From positions 24,400 to 88,399 of IMG/VR virus record IMGVR_UViG_3300032233_001498: DNA of 64,000 bases; one strand, given 5' to 3'. Position numbers and translations under genes: made by a program. This DNA comes from a virus (taxonomy: Duplodnaviria; Caudoviricetes). The notes under the pieces were generated by a model. The model saw only the letters and a program-made list of their open reading frames with translations. It was not told where the DNA came from and ran no database searches. This document shows, in pieces, positions 46,287 through 56,102 of the stretch (position 1 is the stretch's first letter; every line of letters starts with the position of its first letter).

Positions 46287-47275
46287 TTAAAAAAACAACA
46301 ACAAGAATTACCGATGAACGCAGTAATTTTAAACCATTCAACTATCCATGGGCATACGATGCATGGTTGAAACATGAACAATCACATTGGTTGCATACGG
46401 AAGTGCCGATGCTTGAAGATGTGAAAGATTGGAAAAAGAAACTAACAAATGAAGAAAAACAATTCCTTACACACATCTTCCGCTTCTTTACTCAAGGCGA
46501 CATTGATGTGGCTGGTGGTTACGTTAATAACTATCTGCCTTACTTTCCTCAACCTGAGATTCGTATGATGTTGATGGGTTTTGCAGCACGTGAAGCACTT
46601 CACATTGCCGCATACTCACACTTGATTGAAACATTGGGTCTACCAGAAACCACTTATAGTGAATTCTTAGAATATCAGGAGATGAAAGACAAACATGATT
46701 ATGTTTTAGATTTGTCATTGAAGAATAGTTCCAAAGAAAACACCGCACGACATATTGCTGTGTTCTCTGCCTTCACCGAAGGTATGCAGTTGTTTTCATC
46801 ATTCATTATGTTGTTGAATTTCCCACGCCATGGCAAGATGAAGGGCATGGGTCAAATTGTTACTTGGTCTATTGTTGATGAAACAATGCACGCTGAGAAC
46901 ATGATGAAACTATTTAAGACATACATACAAGAGAATACTGAAATTTGGAATGATGATTTGAAATCATCAATCTATGCTATTGCAGAACGTATGGTTGAAC
47001 TTGAAGATAAGTTTATTGACCTTGCGTTTGGTCTTAATCAGATGAAAGAACTGACTGCTGAAGATGTAAAGAAGTATATCCGTTACATTGCAGACCGCCG
47101 TTTGATTGGCCTAGGTATGAAGGGTATCTTTAAAGTTAAACGTAATCCATTACCTTGGGTTGAAGAAATGATTAACGCACCGACACATACAAACTTCTTT
47201 GAGAATCGTGCTACAGATTATGCTAAGGGTGCTTTGAGTGGTACATGGAACGATGTATGGGGTAAAGCCGCATAA
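46283..47275 (+). CDS. nrdB: Ribonucleotide reductase small subunit
   Basis: FFTQGD, EALH..AY, EGMQLFSSF, DETMH, NFFE. Confidence 0.96.
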   Translation: MIKKTTTRITDERSNFKPFNYPWAYDAWLKHEQSHWLHTEVPMLEDVKDWKKKLTNEEKQFLTHIFRFFTQGDIDVAGGYVNNYLPYFPQPEIRMMLMGFAAREALHIAAYSHLIETLGLPETTYSEFLEYQEMKDKHDYVLDLSLKNSSKENTARHIAVFSAFTEGMQLFSSFIMLLNFPRHGKMKGMGQIVTWSIVDETMHAENMMKLFKTYIQENTEIWNDDLKSSIYAIAERMVELEDKFIDLAFGLNQMKELTAEDVKKYIRYIADRRLIGLGMKGIFKVKRNPLPWVEEMINAPTHTNFFENRATDYAKGALSGTWNDVWGKAA

Positions 47276-47367
47276 TATATGGATAATCGTGTTTTGTATT
47301 GGATTATGCGTATTGTAGAAATGGTAACTTGTATTCACATCATTGCTGGTGTGTGGAGAAATTGGTA

Positions 47368-48000
47368 ATGGCACACATCGTAGCAAATTTACCACCAGTT
47401 AATTGTTTTATTCGCAGAGAATTTTTGTATGATTTTCAAAAAGGTCATGGAGAACTTGAACCTTGTTGGTGGATAAGTATAAAGTCATTACGCAGCCAAG
47501 CGTTTCGTATTGAATCTTATCTTAATCACTATGGCGCACTTTATGATAAGTTGCCACTTCATGCATATTGTTGGAAACCAATTGAAGGTGACCCGTATCC
47601 ATTAGATTTTCTACAGTTATGGAACAGTATGTCTTATGATATCACAGTAATTAAAAAGGCCATGATATCTAATATGAGATGTAAAATAAAAATGAAAGAT
47701 GGTTCATGGGCAGAAGGAGAATATCTTTTTACTGTTGATTCTGCCCATACAGATTTCAATACCATAGATTGTGGGCATAGTGAAGATGTTGAAGACCATA
47801 AATCTTTCAACTTTATTAAGTTGGATAATGGACAATTTGCAGCACAACCAAATAACCGTATTGTTATTCTTGAACCCGCATCTAATCCGAAACAATTGAA
47901 GATACCAGATTTTCATGTGGCCACCACTAGATGGAATGTGGAAATGGATCCAAAATGGGACTTTGGTTTACCTGAAAATAAATGGAGAATGAACGAGTAA
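47368..48000 (+). CDS. Conserved hypothetical phage protein
   Basis: Start MAHIVANLPP; well-formed globular ORF coupled to a 29-aa ORF at 47279-47368. Confidence 0.7.
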   Translation: MAHIVANLPPVNCFIRREFLYDFQKGHGELEPCWWISIKSLRSQAFRIESYLNHYGALYDKLPLHAYCWKPIEGDPYPLDFLQLWNSMSYDITVIKKAMISNMRCKIKMKDGSWAEGEYLFTVDSAHTDFNTIDCGHSEDVEDHKSFNFIKLDNGQFAAQPNNRIVILEPASNPKQLKIPDFHVATTRWNVEMDPKWDFGLPENKWRMNE

Positions 48001-48004
48001 TGAG

Positions 48005-48775
48005 ATGAACAAAACCTATCGTAGCATTTTTATTAGTGATGTTCATTTAGGTACCCGTGATTCTCAAGCAGAAAAGTTGAATAACTTTCTCAAAAATAAC
48101 ACATGTGATACATTGTATCTTGTGGGTGATATCATTGACGCTTGGAAAATACAACAAAACAAGTGGCGTTGGAAACAATCGCACACCAATGTCGTAAGAA
48201 GAATTCTTGGCCATGCAAAACGTGGCACCCGTGTCATCTTCATAGCAGGCAATCACGATGAGTTTTTAAGACCAATGATACCATATGGTTTCTCATTCGG
48301 GCTTGTAGAAATACACAATCAAATAGAACACATAGGTGCAGATGGCAAACACTACCTAGTTGTCCACGGAGATTTATTTGATGGTATTACCCGTCTTGCT
48401 CCTTGGCTTGCGTTTCTTGGCGATAAATTATACGACCTAGTTCTTGATTGGAATTCAAGATTCAATTGGATTCGTAGAAAATTAGGATTTGGTTATTGGT
48501 CGTTGTCTAAGTACCTGAAACATAAAGTTAAAAAAGCTTCTGACTTTATGTTTCAATTTGAAAAGAATATTTCCTCTTATTGTAAAAAAAGAGGATATGA
48601 TGGTGTGATTTGTGGTCACATACATCATGCAGAGATTAAAGAGATAGATGGAATCATTTATATGAATGATGGCGATTGGGTTGAATCATGCACAGCTCTA
48701 GTCGAACATCACGATGGCCGATGGGAAATTATAACTTGGACCAAAGAGAAGGATGATGTAGATGCAATTGCATGA
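48005..48775 (+). CDS. PlcP-type metallophosphoesterase (LpxH-like phospholipase C)
   Basis: FISDVHLG, LVGDIID.W, GNHDEFLR, VHGDLFD, YWSLS.YLK.KVK, CGHIH, NDGDWVESCTA. Confidence 0.8.
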   Translation: MNKTYRSIFISDVHLGTRDSQAEKLNNFLKNNTCDTLYLVGDIIDAWKIQQNKWRWKQSHTNVVRRILGHAKRGTRVIFIAGNHDEFLRPMIPYGFSFGLVEIHNQIEHIGADGKHYLVVHGDLFDGITRLAPWLAFLGDKLYDLVLDWNSRFNWIRRKLGFGYWSLSKYLKHKVKKASDFMFQFEKNISSYCKKRGYDGVICGHIHHAEIKEIDGIIYMNDGDWVESCTALVEHHDGRWEIITWTKEKDDVDAIA

Positions 48776-49472
48776 AAAAATTACCATTGTTGTCCCATGT
48801 AAGAATGAAGAAGATTATATCTCTCATTTACTTGAAGACCTGAGACAACAAAACATTGGTGATACAAGAATTATTATTGCTGATTGTTCTACCGATAATA
48901 CGAGAAATGTTATCAATGAAAACAAAGGCAATTTAAAGGTTGAAATAATCGAAGGCGGGCCAGTTTCTATCGCCAAAAATAATGGTGCAAAACTTGTAGC
49001 AACACCTTATATTTTGTTTATAGATTCCGATGTTAGATTTTTTTCAACAACAACAATAATTGATTGTGTGAATGAGATGGAGAAAAGTAACCTTGACCTC
49101 ATTGGAATTTACGCAAAATGCTATGACGATGATATTCGTGCGAAGATTGGATTTTCATTATTCAATTTAATTAATGGTGTAATGAAAAACTGGATACCAT
49201 TTGCAGTTGGTGCTTTCTTTTTAACTAGACGGGATAGGTTTGAAGAATTTGGTGGATTCCCCGCTAAATACGAAACAAGTGAAGACTTTTTCCTATCAAA
49301 GAAATATGATGTTAAGAAGTTTAAATTAGTAAATCACTATCTTGGCCAAGATAGTAGGCGTTTCAAAAAGATGGGTTACTTTGGAATGGCATGGTATCTT
49401 ATTAAAAACTTTTTGAACCGAAACAACGAAAGGTATTGGAATAGTCTAGACTATTCTAAATATTGGAAATGA
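48762..49472 (+). CDS. GT2 glycosyltransferase
   Basis: IVVPCKNEE, ADCSTD, ILFIDSD, EDFFL. Confidence 0.85.
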   Translation: MQLHEKITIVVPCKNEEDYISHLLEDLRQQNIGDTRIIIADCSTDNTRNVINENKGNLKVEIIEGGPVSIAKNNGAKLVATPYILFIDSDVRFFSTTTIIDCVNEMEKSNLDLIGIYAKCYDDDIRAKIGFSLFNLINGVMKNWIPFAVGAFFLTRRDRFEEFGGFPAKYETSEDFFLSKKYDVKKFKLVNHYLGQDSRRFKKMGYFGMAWYLIKNFLNRNNERYWNSLDYSKYWK

Positions 49473-50173
49473 TTGAACTAATATACTTGCTTGTATGCAC
49501 ACACATAACGATTGTGTGTGTTACTCTATTTTTACATAGAGGACAAGCACACAGAGGTATTGTTTTTCATCCCATATTGTCACACTTCATGCGGTTCTGG
49601 TTATGGTTGACAACCGGTATGGTTACTAAACAATGGGTTGCAATACACCGCAAACACCATCAAAAAACAGATATTGTTGGAGACCCACATTCACCAGTAG
49701 TAGAAGGATTTTGGAAAGTACTATTACGTGGTGCAGGTTTGTATCATGCTGCAAGTAAAGACACCGCAATGGTTGACACATATGGCGTTGGCACTCCTGA
49801 TGATTGGATGGAACGCAATGTATACACCAAACACAGTCGTTTAGGAATTACTTTGTTATTGCTGATAAATTTACTTTGTTTTTCAGGCTGGGGTTTACTA
49901 ATCTGGGGTATTCAAATGATTTGGATTCCATTTTGGGCAGCAGGTGTAATCAATGGTGTCGGTCATGCATATGGTTACAGAAACACCGACACTAAAGATA
50001 AATCAACCAACATTTTCCCATGGGGCATAGTAATTGGCGGAGAAGAATTACATAATAACCACCATGCACAAACAGCATCACCAAAATTATCCTTAAAATG
50101 GTATGAATTTGATATTGGTTGGATGTGGTTAACAATATTCAGATTCTTTAAACTGGCAAAACTAACTAGATGA
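49469..50173 (+). CDS. Membrane fatty-acid desaturase (delta-9 type)
   Basis: His boxes HRGQAH, HRKHH, HNNHH; TM segments. Confidence 0.92.
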   Translation: MIELIYLLVCTHITIVCVTLFLHRGQAHRGIVFHPILSHFMRFWLWLTTGMVTKQWVAIHRKHHQKTDIVGDPHSPVVEGFWKVLLRGAGLYHAASKDTAMVDTYGVGTPDDWMERNVYTKHSRLGITLLLLINLLCFSGWGLLIWGIQMIWIPFWAAGVINGVGHAYGYRNTDTKDKSTNIFPWGIVIGGEELHNNHHAQTASPKLSLKWYEFDIGWMWLTIFRFFKLAKLTR

Positions 50174-50499
50174 TAACACTAGACGAAACCGCCAAAGATA
50201 GAATTACAGACTTATACATAGATGAGAATGATTCAACTATTAAAGGGTTGAGAGTTTTCGTTCAAGGTGGTGGTTGTTCTGGTTTCTCTTACGGTTTCAC
50301 ATGGGATTGGGAAAAGAATGAAGATGACTTTGAATTTCCTATCAACGAAAAAATTCAAGTATTGATTGATGCAATGAGTATGCAATACCTGCAAGGTTCA
50401 ACAATCAAATTTAAATCAGAATTGATGGGTTCAAACTTTTTAATTGAGAATCCAAACGCAACCAATAAATGTGGTTGTGGTTCATCATTTGCAGTATAA
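50170..50499 (+). CDS. A-type Fe-S carrier (ErpA/IscA/HesB family)
   Basis: GGGCSGF, NPNA..KCGCGSSF. Confidence 0.93.
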   Translation: MITLDETAKDRITDLYIDENDSTIKGLRVFVQGGGCSGFSYGFTWDWEKNEDDFEFPINEKIQVLIDAMSMQYLQGSTIKFKSELMGSNFLIENPNATNKCGCGSSFAV

Positions 50500-50511
50500 C
50501 AGAAAGAAAAT

Positions 50512-50946
50512 ATGAAAAAACTATTAGCAATCTTGTTGCTGGTGCCAACATTGGTACTTGCACAAAAGACACCACAAGGTGTCACATATGACGCACAAAT
50601 TATCAGAGTAACGGATGGCGATACAGTTGTTATCGCCGCACCTTTTCTACCTGCACCCCTTAAGCCCGAACTTGCGGTACGAGTCTATGGAGTCGATACT
50701 CCGGAAAAAGGATTTAGAGGTCAATGCGACAGCGAAAAGCAACGAGGCGAAGCCGCTTCCGTTTTCACTAAAGGTCTCATTAACGCCAGCCAGCAACGAC
50801 AAGTCATTCTATATGGTTGGGATAAATTCGGTGGTCGTGTCTTGGGTGATATCATTCTAAACGGACAAAGTTTACGTTCCCAATTAATTGCTAACGGCTT
50901 TGCACGTGAATATTTTGGTGATGCAAAACAATCTTGGTGTAATTAA
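50512..50946 (+). CDS. Exported thermonuclease (SNase family)
   Basis: Signal peptide; DGDT, R.YGVDTPE, DKFGGRVLG, G.AREY. Confidence 0.85.
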   Translation: MKKLLAILLLVPTLVLAQKTPQGVTYDAQIIRVTDGDTVVIAAPFLPAPLKPELAVRVYGVDTPEKGFRGQCDSEKQRGEAASVFTKGLINASQQRQVILYGWDKFGGRVLGDIILNGQSLRSQLIANGFAREYFGDAKQSWCN

Positions 50947-50971
50947 TGGATAGATAGTCATAGGAGGAACT

Positions 50972-51127
50972 ATGACTGTCTTAGTACATAATTGTGAAAA
51001 CTGCGATAATCAGTTTAAAATAACATACGATAGAGATGTATGTGATTGTGACCCGATACATTGTCCATTTTGTGGAGAGTATCTATTAGTTGATGAATCA
51101 GACTGTGGCGATGACGAAACAATCTGA
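50972..51127 (+). CDS. Zinc-ribbon protein, 51 aa
   Basis: Translated by hand: CENC...CPFCG; AGGAGG RBS. Confidence 0.7.
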   Translation: MTVLVHNCENCDNQFKITYDRDVCDCDPIHCPFCGEYLLVDESDCGDDETI

Positions 51128-51527
51128 TTGGTCTTATAACGGTCAACCATTTAAAGAAGAAGATGTTGGCAATTCTTATGGATTTGTCTATGAGATTGTC
51201 AACCTCACCACCAACCGCCGTTACATTGGTAAGAAATTCTTTACCAAAGCAGGCACACGCCAAATCAAGGGTAAAAAGAAAAAGGTTCGCCTATCTTCAG
51301 GATGGGAGAACTATTGGTCGTCCTCAGATGAATTGAAAGCGGACGTCAAAGCACTTGGTGATGATAACTTTACACGAACCATTCTATACTTGTGCAAATC
51401 AAGGTCTGAATGTTCATACAGAGAAACAAAGGAGATTTTCATTAGGGATTCGTTACTTACTGATGATTACTACAACAAATGGGTATCTTGTAAGATTCAC
51501 AAGGCTCACGTAATCAACAAATTATGA
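51111..51527 (+). CDS. GIY-YIG nuclease, T4 endonuclease II (denA)-like
   Basis: GFVYEI.N....RRYIGKK...W.NYWSS. Confidence 0.75.
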   Translation: MTKQSDWSYNGQPFKEEDVGNSYGFVYEIVNLTTNRRYIGKKFFTKAGTRQIKGKKKKVRLSSGWENYWSSSDELKADVKALGDDNFTRTILYLCKSRSECSYRETKEIFIRDSLLTDDYYNKWVSCKIHKAHVINKL

Positions 51528-51565
51528 GATATCAACACGATACGGTTAAACCAAAGAGGAAACCT

Positions 51566-52318
51566 ATGGCTCGCAAATCATCTGCCAATACCGATGTGGA
51601 AGTCAAAGCAACCGCATACAAAAGCACAACCAATCACCTCAAACTGAGGCTCGATGACCTTAAAACATTCCAACCATTGACTGATAATCAAAAGAAATTC
51701 TTTGATGCATATAAACAAGGTGATTACTTTGTAGCACTACATGGTGTTGCAGGTACAGGTAAAACCTTTTGTGCATTGTATAAAGCAATTGAAGAGGTCA
51801 TGGACAAATCTAACCCATTCACCAAGATTATTGTTGTACGTTCTGCGGTACAATCACGTGAGATTGGTCATTTACCTGGTGATGTGAATGAGAAGATGGA
51901 AATTTATCAACAACCTTACCGACAAATCTGCGAGACTTTGTTTGGTCGCCGTGATGCATGGGATAGATTAGAAGAACAACACCACATAGAATTCATTTCA
52001 ACATCATTCATTCGTGGTATGTCCTTTGATGATGCAATCATTATTGTAGATGAGATGCAGAACATGACCTATGAAGAAATTGATACAGTTATGACCCGTG
52101 TTGGTTATCGTTCAAAGATTATCTGGTGTGGTGATTACCGCCAAACAGACTTGAACAAGAAAAGAAATGATGTGTCGGGCATTCTTAAATTCTTTGATAT
52201 TGCCATGCATATGAAGGCATTTACCAAAATTGAGTTTACTGCTGATGATATCGTGCGTTCTTCACTTGTTAAGGATTATATTCTTGCCAAGATGAGATAT
52301 GAAGATGCATTGGATTAA
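51566..52318 (+). CDS. phoH: PhoH-family ATPase
   Basis: GVAGTGKT, GHLPG, FIRG, DEMQN, GDYRQTD, DIVRS. Confidence 0.93.
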   Translation: MARKSSANTDVEVKATAYKSTTNHLKLRLDDLKTFQPLTDNQKKFFDAYKQGDYFVALHGVAGTGKTFCALYKAIEEVMDKSNPFTKIIVVRSAVQSREIGHLPGDVNEKMEIYQQPYRQICETLFGRRDAWDRLEEQHHIEFISTSFIRGMSFDDAIIIVDEMQNMTYEEIDTVMTRVGYRSKIIWCGDYRQTDLNKKRNDVSGILKFFDIAMHMKAFTKIEFTADDIVRSSLVKDYILAKMRYEDALD

Positions 52319-52367
52319 TTTCATCAGGTGAAATAGATGTGGCATACTAGTATAAACACTTAGATTT

Positions 52368-52382
52368 TGTTGCATCGCAACA
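52368..52382. promoter_or_regulatory. Palindrome TGTTGC-ATC-GCAACA (PhaR-box-like) abutting a -10 element
   Basis: Perfect 6-bp inverted repeat; TATAAT at 52385-52390. Confidence 0.5.
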
Positions 52383-52448
52383 TATATAATAGGACAGGTG
52401 CTCAAAGTGAGGCCTGTTCTATTAATTTAATCGTCTAAGGAGATTACC

Positions 52449-52691
52449 ATGTCTAAGATTGACTCATTGGTTTATACTAACCTGTTCATTGATGCCGTAC
52501 AGGATGCAAAGAACAAATTCATCGAAACTTTCGTGTTTGATGATAAGATTGCCGCACCACTAAAAGAATTCGTTGAAGCACAACGCACATTCACAAAACA
52601 AATTAACCGTTCAGCCACAGAAGTTGCCGATTATAGTGTTATTGCAGCAAAGACTGCATTTGAAAAGGTTAAAACTGCAAAGGCAGCATAA
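52449..52691 (+). CDS. Phasin-like amphipathic helical protein
   Basis: AAGGAG RBS; Ala-rich amphipathic helices; upstream TGC-N3-GCA box. Confidence 0.45.
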   Translation: MSKIDSLVYTNLFIDAVQDAKNKFIETFVFDDKIAAPLKEFVEAQRTFTKQINRSATEVADYSVIAAKTAFEKVKTAKAA

Positions 52692-52840
52692 TGTCTGAAC
52701 AGAAAACCTTTTGGGAATGGGTCAAACGAACCTTTACACCTGATTATAGAGTGGAAATTGCAGGATATTTGGCAGAAGCTCGTGATTATGTGGACTTAAA
52801 ACAAAAGATGGACATTCTTCAACGCAGAGGTATTTTGTAA
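52691..52840 (+). CDS. DUF3563-like small protein, 49 aa
   Basis: Translated by hand: F.PDYR.EI..YLAEA.DY.DL..KM..LQRRG; TAATG coupling. Confidence 0.6.
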   Translation: MSEQKTFWEWVKRTFTPDYRVEIAGYLAEARDYVDLKQKMDILQRRGIL

Positions 52841-52871
52841 CCATCGAATTGAGGATTTTATACATAATGGT

Positions 52872-53129
52872 ATGAATAAAATTCCTCAGTTTGAGATAAA
52901 ATCATTGTTGATAAAGGACTTGATGATAAATCTAAAGTCCTTTCATCCTGTGGTCCATGAGGGGTGGCTTATTAAATTTTCCACCCATCGTGACCTTAAT
53001 ATTTTACTCACCTTTGTATCCATATACACCTCACAGACGGTGGTTCGGTATTTTACTAGTGAAGAAGAAGCCGTTATCTTTATTAACTATATAATGAACA
53101 AAGATGCAAGACTGATTCATAAATTATAA
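52872..53129 (+). CDS. Hypothetical protein
   Basis: ORF ending at a terminator. Confidence 0.55.
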   Translation: MNKIPQFEIKSLLIKDLMINLKSFHPVVHEGWLIKFSTHRDLNILLTFVSIYTSQTVVRYFTSEEEAVIFINYIMNKDARLIHKL

Positions 53130-53152
53130 CCCTGCCTAGTGCAGGGTTTTTT
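53128..53152 (+). terminator. Intrinsic terminator
   Basis: AACCCTGC/GCAGGGTT stem plus T run. Confidence 0.8.
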
Positions 53153-53226
53153 GTTTTCGGCAATAGTGTGCAACGCCTATTGACCACGACCTTCAATTGA
53201 GTTATACTGTCAACAAGGAGAACATT

Positions 53227-53502
53227 ATGGACGAAATCACCAGAGCAAAACATTCTAAACGCATCCTTCAAAAAGAGACCTATGTTAAGAAACAGGTAAA
53301 GATAGCAAAGGCACATGGTATGCCCATTAAACAAGGCGAAGAACACCGACTTGCAAAACATTCGGCAACCACGTGCGGTGATTCTAATTGTGTAATGTGC
53401 GGCAATCCACGCAAATTCTTCAACGAACCCACTATCCAAGAAAAACGATTTGACCAGAAAGAATTACATTATGAACAATCCAGTAATTCACTTGAGGCAT
53501 GA
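53227..53502 (+). CDS. Basic hypothetical protein with CGDSNCVMC motif
   Basis: AAGGAG RBS after a TTGACC-N17-TATACT promoter. Confidence 0.7.
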   Translation: MDEITRAKHSKRILQKETYVKKQVKIAKAHGMPIKQGEEHRLAKHSATTCGDSNCVMCGNPRKFFNEPTIQEKRFDQKELHYEQSSNSLEA

Positions 53503-53511
53503 GCAAGCATA

Positions 53512-54210
53512 ATGAAAATATCAAGAGCAGAACAGAGTGTTATAAAGTATAATCTGGAACAGCATCGGTTAGAAAAACAACGAACTGAAGATTATACTAA
53601 AAAGATTGAAGACCGTAGATTGGACCAGATTATAGCAGAACGTGTGAGTAGAAATCTACGTTTAGATTTAGATAAAGGTCGCCATATAGACCTTGAATGT
53701 TAGGATTAGAGATGAATTCAGTAGCAAAACATTTTGCCTTACAGGCAGGCGGCAGTCACTACCCCGATGTTGGTGGTGAGAACCTCGAATCATTCTATAG
53801 AATGGTGGTGAAAGACATTATGCAATTCACCGATGACCTAATTGATGATGAAAATTTTGATATTTCAACAGCAATTAAAGAACGATACCTAGATGCCAGC
53901 TGAAAAGGTTTGCCCACAATGCGGGACTAAACACACAAAACGAGGACCTTTCTGTTCCCGTTCTTGCGGTAATGTACGTGAGCATACCGAAGAAGATAAA
54001 AATGCCCGTAGAATTGCGGCAAAGAAGTACTATGAAACACCTGAAGGGCAAGCAACAGCGGCAAAGTCCAGTCGTATGGCAACCATAATGAATCAGGGGT
54101 TGACTTGGGACGAGGTAAGTGCGGAAGACTTTGCGGTAAACATTCCAGATATGCTTGACAATGACCTATTAGACCGTTATAATGAATGGGACAAAACGGA
54201 AAATTGGTGA
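53512..54210 (+). CDS. Three small coupled ORFs (53512-53703, 53697-53903, 53893-54210); the last has a CPQC/FCSRSC zinc finger
   Basis: Overlapping start/stop arrangement. Confidence 0.55.
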
Positions 54211-54213
54211 TGT

Positions 54214-55500
54214 ATGAATGTGAATGTATTTCTAAATGAATTGGCATCGGATGATGGTCGCAATTATAAAATAGACCTGTTGAACAGGCATGCCGATAAC
54301 GAGGTCTTGCGTGAGGTTGTACGCCTTGCTCTTGACCCAATGACCCAATTCTATCAACGTAAGATTCCTGCCTATACTACAGGTCAGGTTACAATGGAAC
54401 TTGAACACGGGTTGAACCGATTGTTCCCATTGGCATCCCGTATGGTGACTGGCAATGCCGCAATTGCACACCTTACCGAGACACTTTCATCGCTGAGTGA
54501 TGATAATGCTCAAGTGATTGAGAAAATCATTCAAAAAGACCTACGTTGTGGTGTATCAGTATCAACAGCCAACAAAGTATGGCCAAATCTGGTTATGGAC
54601 TATCCTTGCATGTTGTGTTCACAGTATGAGCAGAAACTTGTTGACAAGATTAAATGGCCTGCTCTAGTGCAATTGAAGATGGATGGTATGCGGTTCAATG
54701 CTATCATTCGTAATGGCACAGTTGAGTATCGTTCACGTAATGGTAAAGAATTGAACCTGCTTGGCAACCTTGACAAGGATTTTATTATATTGTCACAAGG
54801 CGTTGAATGTGTATTTGATGGTGAGTTGATTGTCAGCGATAAGGGCATTATTCTTGACCGCCAGACAGGCAATGGCATTCTAAACAAAGCAAGCAAAGGC
54901 ACCATTAGTGACCTTGAAGCGCATAAGATTCGTGCAACCGTGTGGGACGTTATACCATACAATGATTTCATTTCTGGTGTATGTAAAGTGCCATATTCCA
55001 CACGTATCAATTCATTAGAGTTGATGCTTGAACGTAAACCAGAAAAGGTTTCAATGGTGCAGAGCAATATTGTCAATACGATTGATGATGCCAATGTATT
55101 GTTTGAGACCTATCTGGCGGATGGACAAGAGGGTATTATTCTTAAAGACCTGAATGGTATTTGGGAAGACAAACGCACGAAATCACAGATTAAGTTTAAA
55201 GGTGAACTAGAATGTGACCTGAAATGTGTTGGCATACAGGCAGGCACCGGTAAGTATGAAGGCATGATGGGTGCATTGCTGTTAGAATCCGAAGATGGTA
55301 CTGTAAAGGTATCAGTTGGTTCTGGCTTTAATGATGACCATCGTACCAATATTGGTGATGAGGTCATTGGCAAGATTATTGCCGTAAAATACAATGCACG
55401 TATTACAAACAAACAAGGCGAGCAGTCGTTGTTCCTGCCTGTATTCCTTGAAGTACGTGAAGACAAAGACACCGCAGACCTGAATAAGGATATTAAATAA
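54214..55500 (+). CDS. gp30: ATP-dependent DNA ligase gp30
   Basis: QLKMDGMR, FDGEL, EGIILK, W..KR, VGSGF, LFLPVF. Confidence 0.95.
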   Translation: MNVNVFLNELASDDGRNYKIDLLNRHADNEVLREVVRLALDPMTQFYQRKIPAYTTGQVTMELEHGLNRLFPLASRMVTGNAAIAHLTETLSSLSDDNAQVIEKIIQKDLRCGVSVSTANKVWPNLVMDYPCMLCSQYEQKLVDKIKWPALVQLKMDGMRFNAIIRNGTVEYRSRNGKELNLLGNLDKDFIILSQGVECVFDGELIVSDKGIILDRQTGNGILNKASKGTISDLEAHKIRATVWDVIPYNDFISGVCKVPYSTRINSLELMLERKPEKVSMVQSNIVNTIDDANVLFETYLADGQEGIILKDLNGIWEDKRTKSQIKFKGELECDLKCVGIQAGTGKYEGMMGALLLESEDGTVKVSVGSGFNDDHRTNIGDEVIGKIIAVKYNARITNKQGEQSLFLPVFLEVREDKDTADLNKDIK

Positions 55501-56102
55501 TGTTTATATTTGACGTTGAGACACTAGGCAAGCGCAGCAATTCAGTCATTCTATCAATGGGTTGTATCTATTTCAATCCCGATGAAACACCGTCATACAA
55601 ACAAATGTATGATGATGCATTTTTTGCCAAGTTTGATGTAATTGACCAGATGAAGAGACTTGATAGAACTACGACCAAGTCTACAATGGACTGGTGGTCG
55701 AAACAATGCGAGAATGTAAAGAACAAGTCATTTAGACCGAATCCTGACATTGACGTAAAATTCGAGGACGGGTATGAGTCAATGCGAGACTGGGCAAAGA
55801 CTAAGAATGATGACAAGTGCTGGGTATGGGCACGTGGTAATCTAGACCAGTTAGTAATGGATGACATAGAAGAACAGATTGGACTGACACCGATTTTTCC
55901 ATATGCTCGATGGCGTGATGTCCGCACCGCTGTAGATTTCCTGTATGGTACAATGAACGGATACGTGACGGTTGAGACACCGCCATGGGTTGATGCATTT
56001 GACCCTGCAATACATGTAACGAAACATAATCCGATTGATGATTGTTGCTTTGATGCAATGCAATTAATGTATGGAAAGAAAAACGATGAATCATTGGGGT
56101 GA
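55500..56102 (+). CDS. DEDD 3'-5' exonuclease (DexA-like)
   Basis: IFDVETLG, WARG.LD, RDVRT, HNPIDDC. Confidence 0.8.
   Translation: MFIFDVETLGKRSNSVILSMGCIYFNPDETPSYKQMYDDAFFAKFDVIDQMKRLDRTTTKSTMDWWSKQCENVKNKSFRPNPDIDVKFEDGYESMRDWAKTKNDDKCWVWARGNLDQLVMDDIEEQIGLTPIFPYARWRDVRTAVDFLYGTMNGYVTVETPPWVDAFDPAIHVTKHNPIDDCCFDAMQLMYGKKNDESLG

Noticed and set aside
18221-47275. Introns or inteins in gp43, gp41, gp61, thyX, nrdA, nrdB
   Set aside because: All are continuous, of normal length, with expected motif spacing
53893-54210. Homing endonuclease before the ligase gene
   Set aside because: Zinc finger and NUMOD-like helix only; no HNH or GIY-YIG catalytic motif
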